This document shows positions 32,906 through 34,767 of a stretch of 34,767 nt of DNA, one piece after another. Where the stretch lies: NCBI GenBank assembly GCA_012026655.1, contig JAAILG010006085.1, forward strand, positions 1-34,767. Direction: 5' to 3'. Each line of letters begins with the position of its first letter. The first letter of the stretch is position 1. Source of the DNA: Hydrolagus affinis. Taxonomy: Eukaryota. A model generated the notes under the pieces. It worked only from the letters and a program-made list of their open reading frames with translations, was not told the DNA's origin and ran no database searches. A program made the position numbers and the translations under genes.

Positions 32906-33339
32906 TTTCTTTTCTTTGGCTGACTGTCTGTGTCAATCTCCGAGTCTGTTTGATTTTTTTTAAGTTCAGTCACTCTGTCTCTGGCTCCTTCAGGATGCTC
33001 TGTGTCCTCTCCAAGCCCAGGCCTATCATGTGCAACTCTACCTCAAGAGAAGCCAGAGAAATGGAGAGCGATAGAGACCAGGAGATAGAAAGTCAGAGAG
33101 ACGGAGACTGACGCAGAGACAAAGAGTGAACAAACTAGAGCCTTACTTTGCTTTCTGTTCTTCAACCACAAAATCCCAATCACCAAATTGCCCCCTATTC
33201 CCTGTATGCATTGTGCTTCACCAATCTGCATAGCATAGAGTATCAAAATACCTTTTGAAATACAGATATACTATACTACACAAATAGAACTGCTTAGATC
33301 TACATTTCCTGTATCTACCTCAAGTAACTATAAAGTTGG

Positions 33340-33510
33340 TCAAACTTGACCTGCTCTTCACAAATCCATGCCTGGAGAAAGCCTGGCCACTGGACTCATT
33401 TAAACAGCTGCTCGATGCTGTGATGGGTGGGTGGGGGTGGTCTGATGGAGGTGCTGATAGGAATGGATCAGATGGGCCGAATGGCTTGCTTTACCCAGAC
33501 CAATCTTGTG
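33340..33510 (+). mobile_element. Diverged CR1-like 3' remnant
   Basis: ggactcatttaaacagctgctcgatg...gatgggccgaatggc tail motif. Confidence 0.5.
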
Positions 33511-33704
33511 AGTCAAAACAGACAAACACACACGCACAAATAACAATAATAACAACAACAAAATGACACTTGTATAGGGCCTTTCACATCAGGAGGCCAT
33601 CCCAAGGTGCCATCCAGTAAATGTTTCAGATCCGAGCCGAGGACAAACATGCACACAGAGACAAACACACACAAACATATATTGACAAACACACACACAC
33701 AAAA

Positions 33705-33875
33705 CCAGAACAATGCAAATGCTGGAAATCTGAAATAAAAACTGAAGTCACCGGGAACAAGCAGCAGGTCAGGCAGCATCTATAGAGATAGACAATGAGT
33801 TAATGTTTCAGGTTCAATTACCTTTTATCAGAACAGATTCAACCTGAAATGCTAATTGTTCCCAGCAATTTCTGT
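33705..33875 (-). mobile_element. Second copy of the same Penelope-type fragment, with a partial inverted tail
   Basis: cagcaggtcaggcagcatc...gtttcagg...tcagaac is shared with 18682-18791. Confidence 0.6.
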
Positions 33876-33974
33876 TTTTTATTTTGTAATAATGATAATA
33901 ATTTATCTAGCATTCTTCAAGTGGATAGTGACTGGACAAGATAGTGAAAGAAAGAGTTACATATGGGAAGAGGA

Positions 33975-34105
33975 AAACGGAGAGAGAGAGAGAGAGAGAG
34001 AGAGGGAAAGAGAGACAGCGAACAATGGCGAAAGAGAGAAATAAATGGAGAGAAAGAAACAGACCAACAGGAGAGACAGAAAGTGGGAGTTGCGAACAAA
34101 AATGC
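33975..34105. repeat. (GA)n microsatellite region
   Basis: Perfect (ga)n at about 33981-34003, followed by an imperfect continuation. Confidence 0.85.
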
Positions 34106-34597
34106 ACAGACAGAGAGCAAAGTGAATGGGTTGGGGGTAGGTCGAGGAGAGATGGGGGGAGGTGGGGGAAGCGACAGCAGGTGTCTGCAAACACTCTGCT
34201 CACAGTAAAAACACACACAAAGTGCAGAAGTTTCCACAGCTAAACCTCACCACATCCGCTTGCTCTAATTCTCTCTCTCTCTCTCCCGCGCGCACCCGAC
34301 CTCTTGCTACAACATCAGCAGAGTCTTGGAAACTTGAGTCATAATCTTTCCAAGTGACTCAATGGGGAGGGATATGATACAGAAGGGTCAACAATTAGAG
34401 ACAAAGACTCACAGACAAGGCCCTGCACAATCAGACATATACAGACAGAAATATTGGCGCAGACATAGACAGACAACTGGAGACAGAAACACAGGCAGAA
34501 AGAGCCGCAAGGGAGAAATACACAGACAGACACAATCACACACAGACAAAGGCACAAAGAGACAAAGACAAAGGCATTTACAGAGAGAGGCACAGAC

Positions 34598-34767
34598 ACA
34601 ACAGAAAATTACATTTATAGAGCGTCTTTCTCATCGGGAGAATGTCCCAAGCCGCTGAACAGTCAGATCAAGACCTGAGCAGGCGGGAGGGGCAGGGCAG
34701 GGGGGAGGGCAGGGGAGAGGGTTGGGAGTGGGAGGGAGTGAGTTGGGAGGGGAGCAGGAGGCATAAT
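34598..34767 (-). mobile_element. L2 LINE 3' tail, truncated by the window edge
   Basis: acaacagaaaattacatttatagagcgtctttctcatcgggagaatgtcccaagccgctg matches the L2 tail. Confidence 0.65.

Noticed and set aside
32700-34660. Numerous ORFs on both strands at the right end, and at 10916-11296
   Set aside because: Translations of (CT)n, (GA)n and (CA)n microsatellites.

Overview
Vertebrate genomic DNA, most consistent with a cartilaginous fish (inferred from the CR1, L2 and DeuSINE-type repeat content), with one 100-N assembly gap at 11757-11856. About 28 kb of the minus strand carries a modular secreted or surface lectin gene. It has one signal-peptide exon (28069-28114), nine open-frame C-type lectin domain (CTLD) exons of 354-369 nt and one decayed CTLD exon. 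It also has at least 11 short Ser/Thr/Pro-rich linker exons, six of which are tandem copies of a 114-117 nt mucin-like exon. All CTLD and linker exons are symmetric phase 1-1. No terminal or transmembrane exon was confidently found. About 3.0 kb away, head-to-head on the plus strand, is an intact germline T-cell receptor V segment, probably beta (leader 31109-31157, V exon 31945-32248, canonical 23-RSS 32249-32287). The rest is L2 and CR1 LINE fragments, tRNA-derived SINEs, a Tc2/pogo-type MITE, two short Penelope-type fragments with minimal hammerhead-like motifs, and microsatellites. All exon boundaries were read by hand from GT/AG sites and frame continuity. No database search was possible.
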